Assembly: GCF_009834535.1 (NCBI RefSeq)
Contig: NC_045707.1
Span: forward strand, 50,904,001 to 50,968,000
Direction: 5' to 3'
DNA: 64,000 bases
Origin: Camelus ferus
Lineage: Eukaryota
The translations under genes were made by a program, and so were the position numbers. Of this stretch, positions 1 to 12,660 are shown piece by piece. The notes under the pieces are model-generated. The model was not told the DNA's origin. It searched no databases and saw only the letters and a list, made by a program, of their open reading frames with translations. Positions within the stretch are counted from its first letter, which is position 1; every line of letters starts with the position of its first letter.

Positions 1-127
1 ACGGAAGAAACCAACTTGCTGAAACCATGGTTTAGAACTTCTAGCCTCTAGAATCATGAGACAGTAAGTTTCTGTTTAAGCTGTCCAGTCTGTGGTACTT
101 GTATGGCAGCCCTAGCACAGTAATATA
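1..127 (+). mobile_element. MaLR LTR 3' end (MLT1B/C/D-like), cut by window edge
   Basis: 'gaacttctagcctctagaatcatgagacagtaagtttctgtttaagctgtccagtctgtggtacttgtatggcagccctagca' resembles the MLT1 LTR 3' end. Confidence 0.75.
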
Positions 128-200
128 CTAAGGAGGAAGGACAAATTTTGGAGGACGACCAGCAGTGTCTGTTGCATTACGTGAACTATAAATTGGTTAC

Positions 201-555
201 TGTCTTAGTTTGGGCAGCTATAACAAACTGCCATAGACTGGGTAACTTAAGCATTAAACAACTATTTCTCACAGTACTGGAGGCTGGAAGTTGGAGATGA
301 GGGTGCTGGCATGGTCAGGTTCTCATGAGAGCTCTCTTCTGGGCTGCAGACAGCTGGATTCTCCTAGTATCCTCACGTGGCAGAAAGAGAGCCAGCTAGC
401 TGCTTATAAAGGCACTAATCCCATTCATGAAGGCTCCACCCTCATTATCTAATTACCTCCCAATGGTCCCACCTCCAAATACCATAACATTAAGATTAAA
501 ATTTCAGCATACAAATTTTGGGCAGTAGAGGGACACAAACATTCAGTTCATAATA
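201..555 (-). mobile_element. MaLR solo LTR (MLT1A-like)
   Basis: Runs from tgtcttagt to cagttcataata; typical antisense MLT1A blocks (ggcactaatcccattcatgaaggctccaccctcat); 5-bp TSD gttac (196-200)/attac (556-560). Confidence 0.85.
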
Positions 556-611
556 ATTACTATGCCATCCGTGAATTTAGTTAGGAGTTATAAATTGTTT
601 ATACACAAAGA

Positions 612-1165
612 CCTCCTGCTTGGTCCCCTGCCCTTCAACAGTCAGTGGTCTTTTTAAAAACATAAATTAGATTATTTTACTTTCCTGTGTGAAAACCTCA
701 AATGATTTCCCATTTCATCCAGCACAAAACTGCACGCACGTCCTTTTGCCTTACAAGGACTGACAGGATCTGGCCCTCTACCATCTCCAACCTTGGCTTC
801 TATGACGCTTCTCTTCATTCATTTTGCTCCAGACACATTAGTCTTCCAAGCACGTTCTCACCTCAGGGCTTAGCTGTTTTCTTTCTAGGAATGCTCTTTC
901 CCAAGAGAGCCACCTAACACTTTTTTACTTACTTTGGGTGTCTGCTTAAAAGCTATTTAATAGAGAGGCCTTCCCTGACTATAAAACAACAACCATCCCT
1001 ATGTCTATGCAGCACTCTTCTCAACCTTACCCTACTTTATTCATCCCCAAAACACCTGTGATCTCGTGTGTCTCTTAGGTACTTACTTGCCCTGCCTTCT
1101 AGGATGCACCATGAGTCCACAGAGTTTGGCTTGTTCCCTCCCCAGCACCTGGAATAGCTCAGAGA
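612..1165 (+). mobile_element. LINE-2 3' region fragment
   Basis: L2-like blocks: aaaacctcaaatgatttccc, cctcagggctt, gagaggccttccctgac, cccagcacctggaatag. Confidence 0.7.
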
Positions 1166-1699
1166 AACCTCCGCTGATTGGATACATCTACCAAGATTGG
1201 ATACATCTACACAAGGATTTTTTTTTTTTCTTGCTCAGAAAAAGCTGAATTCTAAGTCAAAAGATGAAAAAATCTTACAGAGAAACAGAGAGGAGCCAAA
1301 GAAACGTGGGGATGATTATGAAAAGAATTTATTCTTAGTATTTCCAAATAACCAAAATACCTTTTCGGATCCTTTTGTCTGAACTGTAAGCCAAATCAAA
1401 GGCATCGGAAGGGTGAGGACCATTTAATCTATTTTATACATAGGATGTACTCAATATATGTTTGTAGAATAAATAAACAGTACAAGACCTCTGTGTATTT
1501 CTTTTCTCTTCATTTGTAACGGTATTTCTTTCCTGATCTTTCTGTTTCCCTGGCTTCATCTTAATTTTACCACCTTAAAGTGTGTCTTCATTTCAAGTTC
1601 ATTTTTCATTTTGGGAGGCTCATCTCTTTTGATTATCTTTAACTGTTTCATATCATATATTCTCACAAGTTAGAGCAGTTTTCCTCTGTGGGAAAGCTT

Positions 1700-1930
1700 C
1701 CAAATCTATAAACCCAGACTGATTCTTCTCTTTTCAAACCTCAGTCTCACATATTAAACTGTCTGATGGATATTTACATGTAGAAGTCCTGTGGTCACTT
1801 CAACCTGACCCATTAACATCCCCCTAAAACATGCCACCCTTCTAAATCCCCTATTGTGGCTTTGGGTACCAACCAACATGATCCTAATAACTCAGGCTCT
1901 AAACCCGGGAAGCCCCCTTTCCTTGACCTT
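1700..1930 (+). mobile_element. LINE-2 fragment
   Basis: cctcagtctcacatattaaactgtctgatggatatttacatg...ggtcacttcaacctgacc resembles the L2 ORF2 3' part. Confidence 0.5.
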
Positions 1931-2009
1931 TGTTAGCATTGCATTCAGCAAATATTTTGCATCCTTGCCTGTGTGTTTAGGATTAGGGCTTTGTACTCAT
2001 AGTACAACT

Positions 2010-5000
2010 TTTAAAGTTTGAATTGTTTATTTGGGAACTTCTTCCATTCACATCTATTGTGATTCCTGACAGTATATATTTCACCCTACCATCTTATATG
2101 TTACTGTTTTATACCATTCTTATATGTAATTTACTTCTTCTCCCCCCCCCCTTCCTTTTCATCACCTTTTTCCTTTCTTCCCTGTCTTCTGCTAAATGAA
2201 ACATATTTTCATGCTCCTGGTTTTTTTTGTTTGTTTGTTTTTTGGTTTTTGGTTTTTGGTTTTTTTGCTTTGAGTGGTCTGGAAGTTCTAATGCTTTTTA
2301 AAATTTTTCAATATATATCTTAAGGTCTTAAGATACAAATACGAACTTTATTTCTTAGTGAATATGGATAAATATTATCTATTTTCCTCCTCTGAAAAAG
2401 ATAGTTTGTAACATGTCTTTATTTTGCTTTTTGCTCCATCTCTCATGCAATTTTAATTAGTAGACTTTGTCAATACTATAATTTGATCCCTGTACACACT
2501 ACAGAGTGATCGCCATCACAAGTCTACTTACCATCTATCAACATGCAGACGACCCCTTTCACCCATTTTACCGACTCCCAAGCCCCTTCCCCTCTGGTAA
2601 CCACTAACCTGATCTCTCTGTCTATTATCTATGAATTAGTTTAAGTTTTATTTCATTTGCTCATTTTTTATAGATTCCACATATGAATAAAATCATACAG
2701 TATTTGTCTTTCTCTGTCTGACTCATTTCACTTAGCATGATACCTTCAAGTTCCAGGCATGTTGTCACAAATGGCACAATTTCATTTTTTTTTTTTTTTA
2801 CCACTGAGTAATATTTAGTTGTATAAATGTCTTCCACATCTTTATCCATTCATCCACTGATGGACACTTAAGTTGTTTTTATCTTGGCTATGGTAAATAA
2901 TGCAGCAATAAACACAGAGATGCATATACCTTTTCCAATCAGTGTTTTCATGTTCTTCAGATAAATATCCAAAAGCAGAATAGCTGGGTCATATGGTAGT
3001 TCTATTCTTAATTTTTTGAGGAATATCCACACTGTTTTCCATGGTGGCTGCACCAATTTACAGTCCCACCACAGTGTACAAGTGTTCCCTTTTCTCCACA
3101 TCCTCACCAACATTTGTTATTTCTTGTCTTTTCAATAACATTCTAGCAGGTGTAAAATGATACCTCATTATGTTTTGATTTGCATTTCCCTGATAATTAG
3201 TGATATTGAACACATTTTCACACGCCTATTGGCCATCTGTCTTCTTTGGAAAAATGTCTATTCTGACCCTCTGCTGTTTGTTAATTGGGTTATTTGTTAA
3301 TTAGCAGACTTTTTTTAGAACAGTTTTATGTTTACAGAAAGACTGGTTCTCACACATCCTCTATTCCACTTAGTTTCCATGTATTATGTTTTAACCATAT
3401 GTAGTTACGTTTATCCATCTATTACCTATAATACCTTTACTACTTTAGGAATTCTTTTTGTAATCAACTTCACTGAAATTTATGGGCAAAATGCCCATAA
3501 ACGCTTGAACAGCATAGTCAACTAATTTCTATACTCATGTATTTTAATGTACACCATATCTTCTTTCTGGACTAATTTTGAACAAATGAAATACATCCTG
3601 GGTAATTTTTTTTTTCTTGAAATACATCTTGAGTAATTCATTTGCAGAATGATTTACTGTGACTTTTCATGTCCAGCAAAAATCTCTATGTTCCTCAAAT
3701 ATTTGCAAACGAATTGGCTAGGTATAGAGTCCTAATTACAAGATCTTTTTCCTGCAGGACTTTAGGCCCTTGATGCACTTCTTCAGCATTTAGTGTGAGG
3801 CTGAGAAGTCACATACCAGTCTGAGTCCCTTTTATTTGCTTTGTTTCTTTCTTTTCCTGTGGAAACTTTATAAATTTATTCTTTATCCTTAGAATTCAAA
3901 AGTTTTCATCAAGATGTGTCTAAATATGCATGTTTCCTTATCCTGATCAGTACGTCAAAGACTTTTCCATGTGAACACTGGGATCTCTCTTCAGTTTAGG
4001 AAATTTTTTTCTTATATTAGTGACTTATATCTACCTTTCCATTTTAGTCTTTTCTTTTTCTTTCCATTTTTTAGGTGGCTATTGAATCTTCTGGCATTCT
4101 CCATGGCTCTTATTTATCTTTAATATTTTCTATGTCTTTGTCTTCTCTATGTTATGGGAAGTTGCTTTAACTTTATTGCTCACGTTAATTTGGCCTTCAG
4201 TTCTATCTGTTTTGTTGTTTGATCCATATGTGTAGGTATGTATGTTTGCCTGTTTTGTTTTGCAGTCATATTTTTTTTTCTAAGAACTCTTTTTATTTTC
4301 TGTACCATTTTCCCAGCAGCTTGTACTTGATTAATGGCTTTAATAGCCTCTTTAATCTTTCTAAGTATGCATTAAAATGCTTAAATGTCCGGGTCAGCCC
4401 TTCTGTTAGATTATCTTTTATAATGTCGGCTTTCCTTAAATGCATGGAAATTCTTTTGTTCTTACAGATTTCAAAATGAAAGTCTGCATTGATTTGCATG
4501 TAGCCAGTGCAGGTTTTTTTTTTAAAAACATTATGTATCTGATTCTTACCAGCCCATCCTCCCCAATGAGGGGGAAATCTGATTAGACTCTGAAGTGAAA
4601 AGAGCAAGGTTATGCCGAGTGATGTGCTCATGGGTTGAAAGCTGGCAAGCAAGGACCTCTTCCAGGTGCCAAAATGTGAAAGGTAGAATACCTGAGTGTA
4701 TTTCACTGCTGTGTCAGCCCATTTATTCCTCTCATCTTCATCTCATGTCTGGGTGGGTTTAAAATCACCCAGGCTCTGCGCTGTTTTGTTTTCAGCATCC
4801 AAACCATCTTGAGCTTTTACTGGCCCTCCTTATCACCTCTTTAGGTGCCACAGATTTGCCACTTTGTTTTGAAAGCTATTATCACTAGGTTTATATCCTG
4901 GAGACTACCACTCTAGACAGCTGCTCTGTATAGAACCAATCAGGTTATTCCATAGTCCTTTAACTTAACCATTACATTAGTCTTCTGTGGTGAGCCTTTG

Positions 5001-5240
5001 GTCCTCAGCCAGTTTATTTTGTCTTGAATCCTGACACCTTCTCCTGTTCTTTCAGGTTTCTCAGTTTTGATTTCTTTGTCAACCAGATCTCCAAACTGCC
5101 CCTAGTCTGCTGATTCACGTTTTCGCTTTTTTCAGCATGATTACGGATCTTGAAAAATCACTCTCCTGTTATTTCCAGAAATGTTGGAACACAGAGAGTA
5201 AATGTATATATTTGCCTGCTATCTTGAACTTACAGAAAAC
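2010..5240 (-). mobile_element. Ancient L1M/HAL1-type LINE-1 relic (ORF1/5' region), interrupted by a younger L1
   Basis: T-rich antisense L1M-like blocks (ggctaggtatagagtcct, ctgagaagtcacataccagtctga, tttattctttatccttagaattc); boundaries approximate. Confidence 0.55.
2478..3298 (-). mobile_element. LINE-1 3' end (ORF2 C-terminus plus 3' UTR)
   Basis: ORFs 2868-3113 ([17 protein letters not shown]) and 2661-2849 match the L1 ORF2 C-terminus; tagattccacatatga...catacagtatttgtctttctctgtctgac. Confidence 0.9.
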
Positions 5241-5351
5241 TTAGATTTTATGTGCTTGTTTGTAACTAATAACCCCACCCTCCATCACATGCTGATACAT
5301 ACAGAAGCAGTTATCATTTTTTCTGAGCTTTGTATTTGTAATGTCTCTCTT

Positions 5352-5356
<5 letters not shown>

Positions 5357-5409
<53 letters not shown>
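5357..5409. repeat. (AT)n microsatellite, ~26 units
   Basis: Uninterrupted AT dinucleotide run. Confidence 0.97.
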
Positions 5410-5411
<2 letters not shown>

Positions 5412-5531
5412 CATGGTCACAAACTCAGTCAAAGCCTGTTAACATCTCAGGAGTAATGATTTCAGTAGTTCCCCAATGGTTTTCCTTATGCTTCGTCATC
5501 TCTCCTCTAAATGATCAGCATAATATCCAAG

Positions 5532-5646
5532 ACTGCAGTATGACTTCTGTGGACCATACGCACTTTTACCCTGTCCTTTATTTTAAAAAAAATTAAAAGT
5601 CACATTTTATGACTATGTTGATATAAAGGTGAAGATAATCCAGTCT
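5532..5646. mobile_element. Possible hAT-type (Tip100-like) MER fragment
   Basis: cattttatgactatgttgatataaaggtgaagataatccag resembles a recalled DNA-transposon consensus; family uncertain. Confidence 0.3.
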
Positions 5647-7319
5647 TCTCAATGCTAATATGGGGGAAATAATTATTCCTACTGAAAGGGTTTAGAAGGA
5701 GTAACACAATAATAAGAAGAACTATAAGTAATACTTATTAAGTCTTTATCACATGCCACTTACTTGACTAAATAACTCACATATGGTATGTGAAAAGAGC
5801 TTAATCCAGTGTCTGCTACAAAGAAAGTGTTCAAGGATTCTATTATCTTCCTACAATATTGCTCAATGAGGCATACCCTACTTAAAAGGAAAAGAATCTT
5901 CCTGGACAACGTCAGCCACACAGACTGCTTTCTCCTCTGATCTCCTGCGGCAGGTATTACGCACATTCTTCATGTGACAGTTGGCATGCACTACCTACAA
6001 ACGGGTGCGTCATAAATCATCTTTGCATCCCTGGTACAGCTTGTCCGAGCCTTGCAGACTGCAGAAGTCCACCATGCAGCTGCTGATGGATTGCGTCATT
6101 GATTACATGATTTCCTCATGACCAGCAGCCAAAAGTCCACTCAGCAGCCACATGCTGGGAGAAAGCAGCAGCAAGGTCAGCGGAGGGGTCGGCAGCAGCA
6201 AACCCTTAACAAAGAACCGTGCTGCAGGCCTCCATTCATCTTGCTCTGCTGTTAGCAACACTCCAGCCTCGGGACTAGTGTGGAACCGAATGCGGGGCTG
6301 TGCATTTCCTCACATACGGCTGGCGGAAAACTGTTTTCTACCATCTTTGGAGTGCTAGAGCCACCTGAGAAGGACAGGTGGCTGATTTCATGGTGCAATT
6401 TATCTCCCACTTGGTATAATTTATCACCAAAATAATTCCCTTAACTAGAAGTCGCAGTAGTTAAAATACCACTATTAGTCATCTCTATCATTAAGATTTA
6501 TTCTCTGAGTTACTCCCCTTGAGGTAATTACAAATCCTCAGAGTAATCTTTTTTAAAGCATTAGTGATTTATTTTCTGCTGGACAATTGTAACAGAGGAC
6601 TGAGAAGCAGAGTAGGAGGGAGGCGAGAGAGAGAAAGGCCAGGAGGAAGGGGAAGCGGCTTCATAAAAGGGAAGTAAGTGGAGCAGAAGACAGGCCTCGC
6701 CTACTTCACCAAGTGACTCTGCCTGGAAGTCACACGGCTCTGTGGAGTAGAATGCAATCTAGCCCTTCTGAAACGCACGCCACAGGCCAGGACTTTCAGA
6801 CCAAAATTAGACACAGGACCCTAAACTTCTCATTTTCTGTGGAAAAAAAAAAACCTGTGACTCTGGCTAATGGAGACTGAAAAAGTTAAGCGTATTTAGA
6901 TAATTCCTCTCAATTCTTTTCACTCCTAGCTATAAAATTTTGCCCACACTTACCAAATTTTCACAAGATCTGTGTAGAAGACTATTATTGCCTATTCTTT
7001 ATCAAATTTTCACAGGCATTTCTAAAGCAATAAGCTGCCTGTTTGGTAATGCTGTCTATTCACTTCCATTCTCTCAATGGCTACAAATCCTATCTCCACT
7101 CTTCTGTGTTCAGATACCTTCCCCGAGCCGCCTAACCATCAGAGGGACTGTGAAGTCTGGGTGCAGTGGACGGAGACAAGCTCAGAAACAGCCACCTCTG
7201 AGAGGTGTTCTGTGCAGGAGACATATTGTAGTGACTGGAAATAAGGCATGAGAGTCACACAGGTTTGGGGAGGCACGTGGCCCCACGTGTTGTGCCCTTG
7301 CACAAATCTCATAACCCCT

Positions 7320-7432
7320 TGGAACCTCAATTATTTCATCTATAAAATGGGAAAACAATAAATAACAATCATGTGTCCTGTGAAGATAAATGGGATCATG
7401 TTTGTGGAACCCCCCGGGCAGTGTCTGGAGTG
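7320..7432 (+). mobile_element. MIR SINE fragment
   Basis: cctcaattatttcatctataaaatggg...gtgaagataaatgggatcatg core. Confidence 0.7.
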
Positions 7433-7474
7433 GCCCCCCCTTATTCAGCGGCTATGGTGGTGTCCAGAGCGGCA

Positions 7475-7707
7475 GCTTCCATGAGCCTGCTAGGCCCTGT
7501 GGAGAATGCAGAGATGTGAATGAGTCTCACCACTTAGGCAGCTTCTAGATCCCAAGGGGAGGGCAGAAGGGTACACGAAGGACTATACACCACGTCAGTG
7601 TGTGGTAATCACCAGAAAAACACGCAGAGAGAGGTTGTTTTCAGCTGGAATGATCAGAAATGGTTTCATGGGATTGTTCTCGACCGAGCTGGACCTCAAC
7701 GGATGGC
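7475..7707 (-). mobile_element. LINE-2 fragment
   Basis: ctgctaggccctgtggagaatgcagagatg...gatcagaaatggtttcatggg...gagctggacctcaacggatgg resembles the antisense L2 3' region. Confidence 0.5.
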
Positions 7708-8594
7708 CCATTGTCTTACAGACTTTTGCTTTTCTAGATTTAATCAAGAGGCAACTGCAGCTTCTAGGGATGTTCAGGGCCACCTCAGTAAATATGGTGC
7801 TTCCAGGACCCTCCAGATGTACCTGGATCTCTTCCTACATGTGGTGCCAATAGTCCTTGTGTCTCAGACAGAGACTCAATGTGGCTCATTGGTGGAAGGC
7901 GATCAGTTTTTGGTGCATTATAACCAATTTGTTACTAGTAACAGTTAAAGTTAAATGAATAACTTCTCCATGTGCATTAGATTCGACTCTGCCACTGAGA
8001 GCAGATACTATTTGACAACGTTACCAGGTTTCTTCTTCTCACTCTTCTTACCCCTGTAATAGCCCTCATCATGTAGGCAGAGAGCCTGCGGGCCACATGC
8101 ACTGCCTAGGGAGGACAACTATAACAAGATCACTGAAGTCACTGCTTAGCATTGAGTTTCCAAATGGATGTCTTCCAGCTCATACCAGAAACATTTGGCT
8201 TGACAACCTGATCCTGGTGGCCCAGAAACATAGGGAAACTTTGTATCTTGCTCCGAAGAGCATGGCCTGGGAAGCATGCACGTTTCTGACAGAGCAGGAG
8301 ACAGACACTGGTGGAGTGATGGGCCCTGAAGACTGGACTAGAGGACTGTACACCAAGTCCATAGGGGGCTGGCCACCCCAGTCCAGAGAAACTAAAGAAA
8401 GTATTTCTGAAGCCCCAAGGGAAGTGGGGACATGCTGACTGAGCTGGGGGTAACTCAAGGAGACAAAAGGCAAATCCACAGCCGCATGGTACCTATCCGC
8501 CCCTGCGGTGGGGCCAGAGCAGATGTAGCAAGGGCAGAGAATATCACACCCAGATGGTAAAAGCCTCACTCATGTGGGCTCACTCTTCACAGAT

Positions 8595-8790
8595 TCAGAG
8601 TACTGTGCTGAGTCCTTTCCTCAGTTATCTTACTGCATCCTTACAATCATCCCTCAAAGGTGCTGCTATTGATAAACCCATTTCACAGATGAAGAAAGAG
8701 AAGTACCAAAAGGCAAGCAACCAGGCTTTGGTCACAGAGCAGATAAGTAATACTAGAGTTAAAGTTGAATCCAAGCCTCTGGCTCAGGGG
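8595..8790 (-). mobile_element. MIR SINE
   Basis: cccatttcacagatgaagaaa...ggtcacagagcagataagt antisense MIR core. Confidence 0.7.
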
Positions 8791-8959
8791 GCTGCCCTCC
8801 ACTGGCTCAGGACAGTGGCCCCAGTAACATGCATTACCTACAGGGGGACATTAGGAGAAGAGGGAAGGAAAAAGACTCTTGGCTTGAGTGAATTTGCTTA
8901 GAAGAACATGCATTTTAAATTAGAGGTGACCCAGACATCTTGAGAACTTCAATCTGCAT

Positions 8960-10835
8960 CTTTTTAAAATATCTTCCATGTATCTAACTCTACATGCTCA
9001 GTCTTTCCTATAGCTTCTTAAACACATGGAGTAGGTCTTAACTACATGAATCATAGTTATCATAACAGTTTTAATGCCCTTGCCTAATAATGTTATCATC
9101 TGTGTCATTTCTGGAACTGTTCCTATTGACTGATTTTTCACCATGAGTTACTTCCACTGTGATGTGATTTACAATAAGGAATATGTATTTGGTCTTTGTC
9201 CCTGTTCCTGGCATCGAGCTCCTAAAAGCCTCGGGATTTACTAAGTGATAAGAGTGAAGTAAATGTGTCTTTTATTATTCATACCAAACCCCTTTCAACC
9301 ACACCTGATTTGACATTAATGAGGTGGTTTATGGAAAGCCCCTAAGGGGGTGGGGGGGCTGGTTGCCAAGGGAACCGATCCTGTAATTAAAGGGTTAGAA
9401 CGTTCAGCCTCATTTTCCAGACATCCAGGGAGGGGAGAGGGGATGGAGACTGAATTCAATCATCAATGGCCAATGATGTAATTAACCATGCCTATGTAAT
9501 GAAGCCTCCATATAAAGCCAAAAGGACAGCATTGGAGAGCTTCTGGGCTGTGAACACATGGAGGTGTGGGGTGAGCAGCAGGCCAGGAGAGGGCATGGAA
9601 GCTCCGAACCCCTTCACACATACCTCACTCTATGCATCTCTTCTATTTGGCTGTTCCTGACTTACATCATTTTATAATAACCCAGTAATCTAGTAAGTAA
9701 AATGTTTTCTGAGTTCTGTGAGCTGCTCAAGGAAATTAATCAGATCCAAGGCAGGGGTGGGGGGCGGTGTCAGGGAACCTCTGAATTATAGCAGTTAATC
9801 AGAAGCACAGATAACATGGACTTGAGATTAGCATCTGAAGCTGGGCATATGCAGGCGTAGTCTTGTGGGACTGAGCCCTTAAGCTGTGAGATCTGACACT
9901 ATCTCCAGGTACAGAGTGTCATAACTGAGTTGTTTGTCAGACATTCATCTGGTGTCACAGAATTATTTGGGGAGGTGAGGGGTAGAACCCCCACACACTT
10001 GGAAGCCAGAAGTGTCAGAAGCATTCTGTGAGTGGAGTACTGAGACTAGAGGAGACAAGTGGGAGTGGTTTTCCTTTACATCCGTTTACTTGTGTAACCG
10101 GTAATTTTTTACGGAACACCAGGCATGGTGAATTTTAACTTTTGTGGCGCTAGGTATTTTTGTATTCCCAAAAATATTTTCCAATCTTTATTCTAGGATG
10201 CAGCTGAGTTACTTGTAAACAGTTTGAACCTTTGGAGGTTGCTTTTAAGCTCCGTTAGGCAAGATCAGACCAGGCTTTAGTCCAGAACTGATTTTGTCCC
10301 ACTAGTAAGGCAATACCCTGAGAATCACGGGATTTTCCACACTGGCTGATGGGAATACAAAGTTTTCCTGGTCCTGTGTGAGCTCCAGGAATTATTTCCT
10401 CTGTTCCTTTTCAGTGATGTTATTTGTAAACTTGAGTCATTTCCTTCTCATATATGCTGATTAGTATGAGCTGAAGATCTGAAGGGACCCTCTGCAGATC
10501 GCTTACTCTCGGCAGTGTTCACCTTTCTGGGACTCTGTCCTGAACACACTAACCAGCTCGTCTTTCCAGATTCCCAGCTCTATCTCCTCAACTTCAAGAG
10601 AGCTCCACGTTCCACATTGCATCCTGGAAACTCCCTCCAGGCTATAAACTGGGTCAAACATAGAGCTCACCTGGCTCACTGCCCCTCTTCTCAGGAGTAA
10701 CCTACACTACCTGGTGTCCAGTGTCTGCAACTGTTGTTTTATCATTTTTGTTGAGGTTTTTTTTTTTTTTCAGTAGTTTTAAGTAGGAGAGTAAATCTAG
10801 TCCCTGTTACTCTCTCTTAACTGAAAGCAAAAATC
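8960..10835 (-). mobile_element. Old L1M 5' end (L1MC/L1ME-type), split by a MER21-like LTR
   Basis: Antisense L1M 5'-region blocks on both sides of the LTR (atagttatcataacagttttaatg; agttacttgtaaacagtttga; gtaaatctagtccctgttactct). Confidence 0.65.
9158..10080 (+). mobile_element. MER21-family solo LTR
   Basis: TG...CA termini; MER21-like blocks ggctggttgccaagggaacc, atcaatggccaatgatgtaattaaccatgcctatgtaatgaagcctccata, gagggcatggaagctcc; degenerate TSD tccac/tccgt. Confidence 0.85.
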
Positions 10836-12149
10836 TTCCTCAATGATGCTGCTTTTAATCCTCTTTAGTCCAATGTGCTTAGCACAGGAAGGGGAAGTCA
10901 CAAGCAAATGAAATATTTTTGACTTTGAGTACACATGTGTTTGCATATTGCACAGAGAAATTTTACATGGTGCATATGGAGAAGCCAGAAATAAAGTTAG
11001 AGAACTGCTAGGGTCAACAGTTGTTGTTATCCCTGAGGGTCATGCGCCTAACTTTACATTCTAATGCTACCAAGGCCTTCTTTCTAACAGTAAGTTGTAA
11101 TATTTACTCAGAGTTTCTTGACCTAATTGACATATCGTATTTAGTTACACAAATGCTCTCACATAGAAGTCACATGATATCTTTCTATAAAAGAGTCTTA
11201 TAGAAACTATTATGGAATGTACGACTATGCACCTAATTCAATAGCATATGGATTCTCTGAAGATCTAATGGAGGTCAGCACACATCCCCTCTCATTACAC
11301 TGAGTGTCAAATACATGATAACAGTGTCTTTGACAATGATTTTGATGCACCTGTAACTTCAATTTTTAGCCAAGTAAAAATGAACTCCTATCTGAAGAGA
11401 CTGTAGTTTCTGCAATAGTACAGAAAATCTTGGCAGGCAAAGCACTTGCCTGTTACTCTTTTATATACTACTGGGAATTCAATTGATTAAGTGGACTTAA
11501 TTGAAACAGAATGGGTTTTCATTCCCATGAATTTGATTTTATCTAGCTATAATTATTAATTTTCCTTTAATCTTTAAGCTACTGTGCCATATTGGTGACA
11601 TAGTTTTAACTGTATTATGAGAAAACAGTTTTTTGATAACTTTATCATTTAAAAATGTATTCTATTATTGAAATGATTTGATTACATTTTAAGACTCCAT
11701 AAGAGTCAAGGAATATAGCTCCAACCTTATGGGAGAGAATTTGATGCACTTAATGTTAATCCCAATACACACCAACACTTACTAAACATTCACTATATGC
11801 TAGGTATGCAATTGCAAGTCTGTAAGCTCTTGTTCTGAATATTTATTTGGCAAAAACTCACTACAATTTAAATTCATAAGCCTGTTATCTACGAAGCCCA
11901 ATACCTGAAGACTACTGTACATGCATACACTTTTTCCTAAGTTTCTCAGTATTTGAGTTCCTGGTGTTACCATGCGTTGGGTACTGACACCATTGCAAGT
12001 GATGTAGACATGGATACAAATATAGACACATTTATTTATAAATATATAAATCCTGGAGAAAACCTGTGAGGTAGCTACTAGTATTTAAACTAGGCCCTGA
12101 TAAATGTCAGTGCTTGGGTTTCAATCTGTCCCTGAGCCTTTAACCAGAA

Positions 12150-12360
12150 TAGTAACAGCTAATTCTATTGAATATGTACTCTGTGTTAGACACTGCTTTA
12201 AGTGCTTTATATATACCAACTAATTTAATCTTTACAACAACCCTAGAAGGCAAATACAAGGACTATTTCCATTTGACTAAAGCCCCAAAAGGCGAAGTAG
12301 CTGTCCAAAGACATGTGACTGGTTGGAGGCAGAGCCCCAACCCAGGCAGTGTCACTGCCT
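12150..12360 (-). mobile_element. MIR SINE
   Basis: ttgaatatgtactctgtgttagacactgctttaagtgcttt...aatctttacaacaaccctagaagg. Confidence 0.7.
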
Positions 12361-12541
12361 GTGCTCCCCAGTGTTGTCCTCCCAAGGCACCAAGAAATAC
12401 ATTCCTTCTTTCAATGGCTGATGTACCTTCCAGCAAAGGGAATCTGTGGCTTTTCTCTTTCTTCCCTACTAGTCAGGTGAAGGCATGGGTTAAAAGCCAA
12501 AGAGAGTCTGTTGTCACTCTGTCCAAGCCAATCCCACAGTA

Positions 12542-12660
12542 ATAGAATTATAAAACCTTAGATATTGTTCATCCCAATCTCCGCATTTTACAGGTACAGA
12601 AACTGAGGCCCAGGTTGGCTAAAAATGTTGTCCAAGGTTAAATATGGATTTCCAGTTTCT
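12542..12660 (-). mobile_element. MIR/MIR3 fragment
   Basis: cattttacaggtacagaaactgaggcccag core. Confidence 0.6.

Noticed and set aside
1176..1210. 16-bp direct repeat gattggatacatctac with period 19
   Set aside because: Only two copies; ordinary slippage duplication, not an array
7598..7948. 116-aa ORF with FSWNDQK and LVHY, superficially like ERVL reverse transcriptase
   Set aside because: Motif spacing is about twice that of RT, there is no YxDD, and the 5' part overlaps an antisense L2 relic
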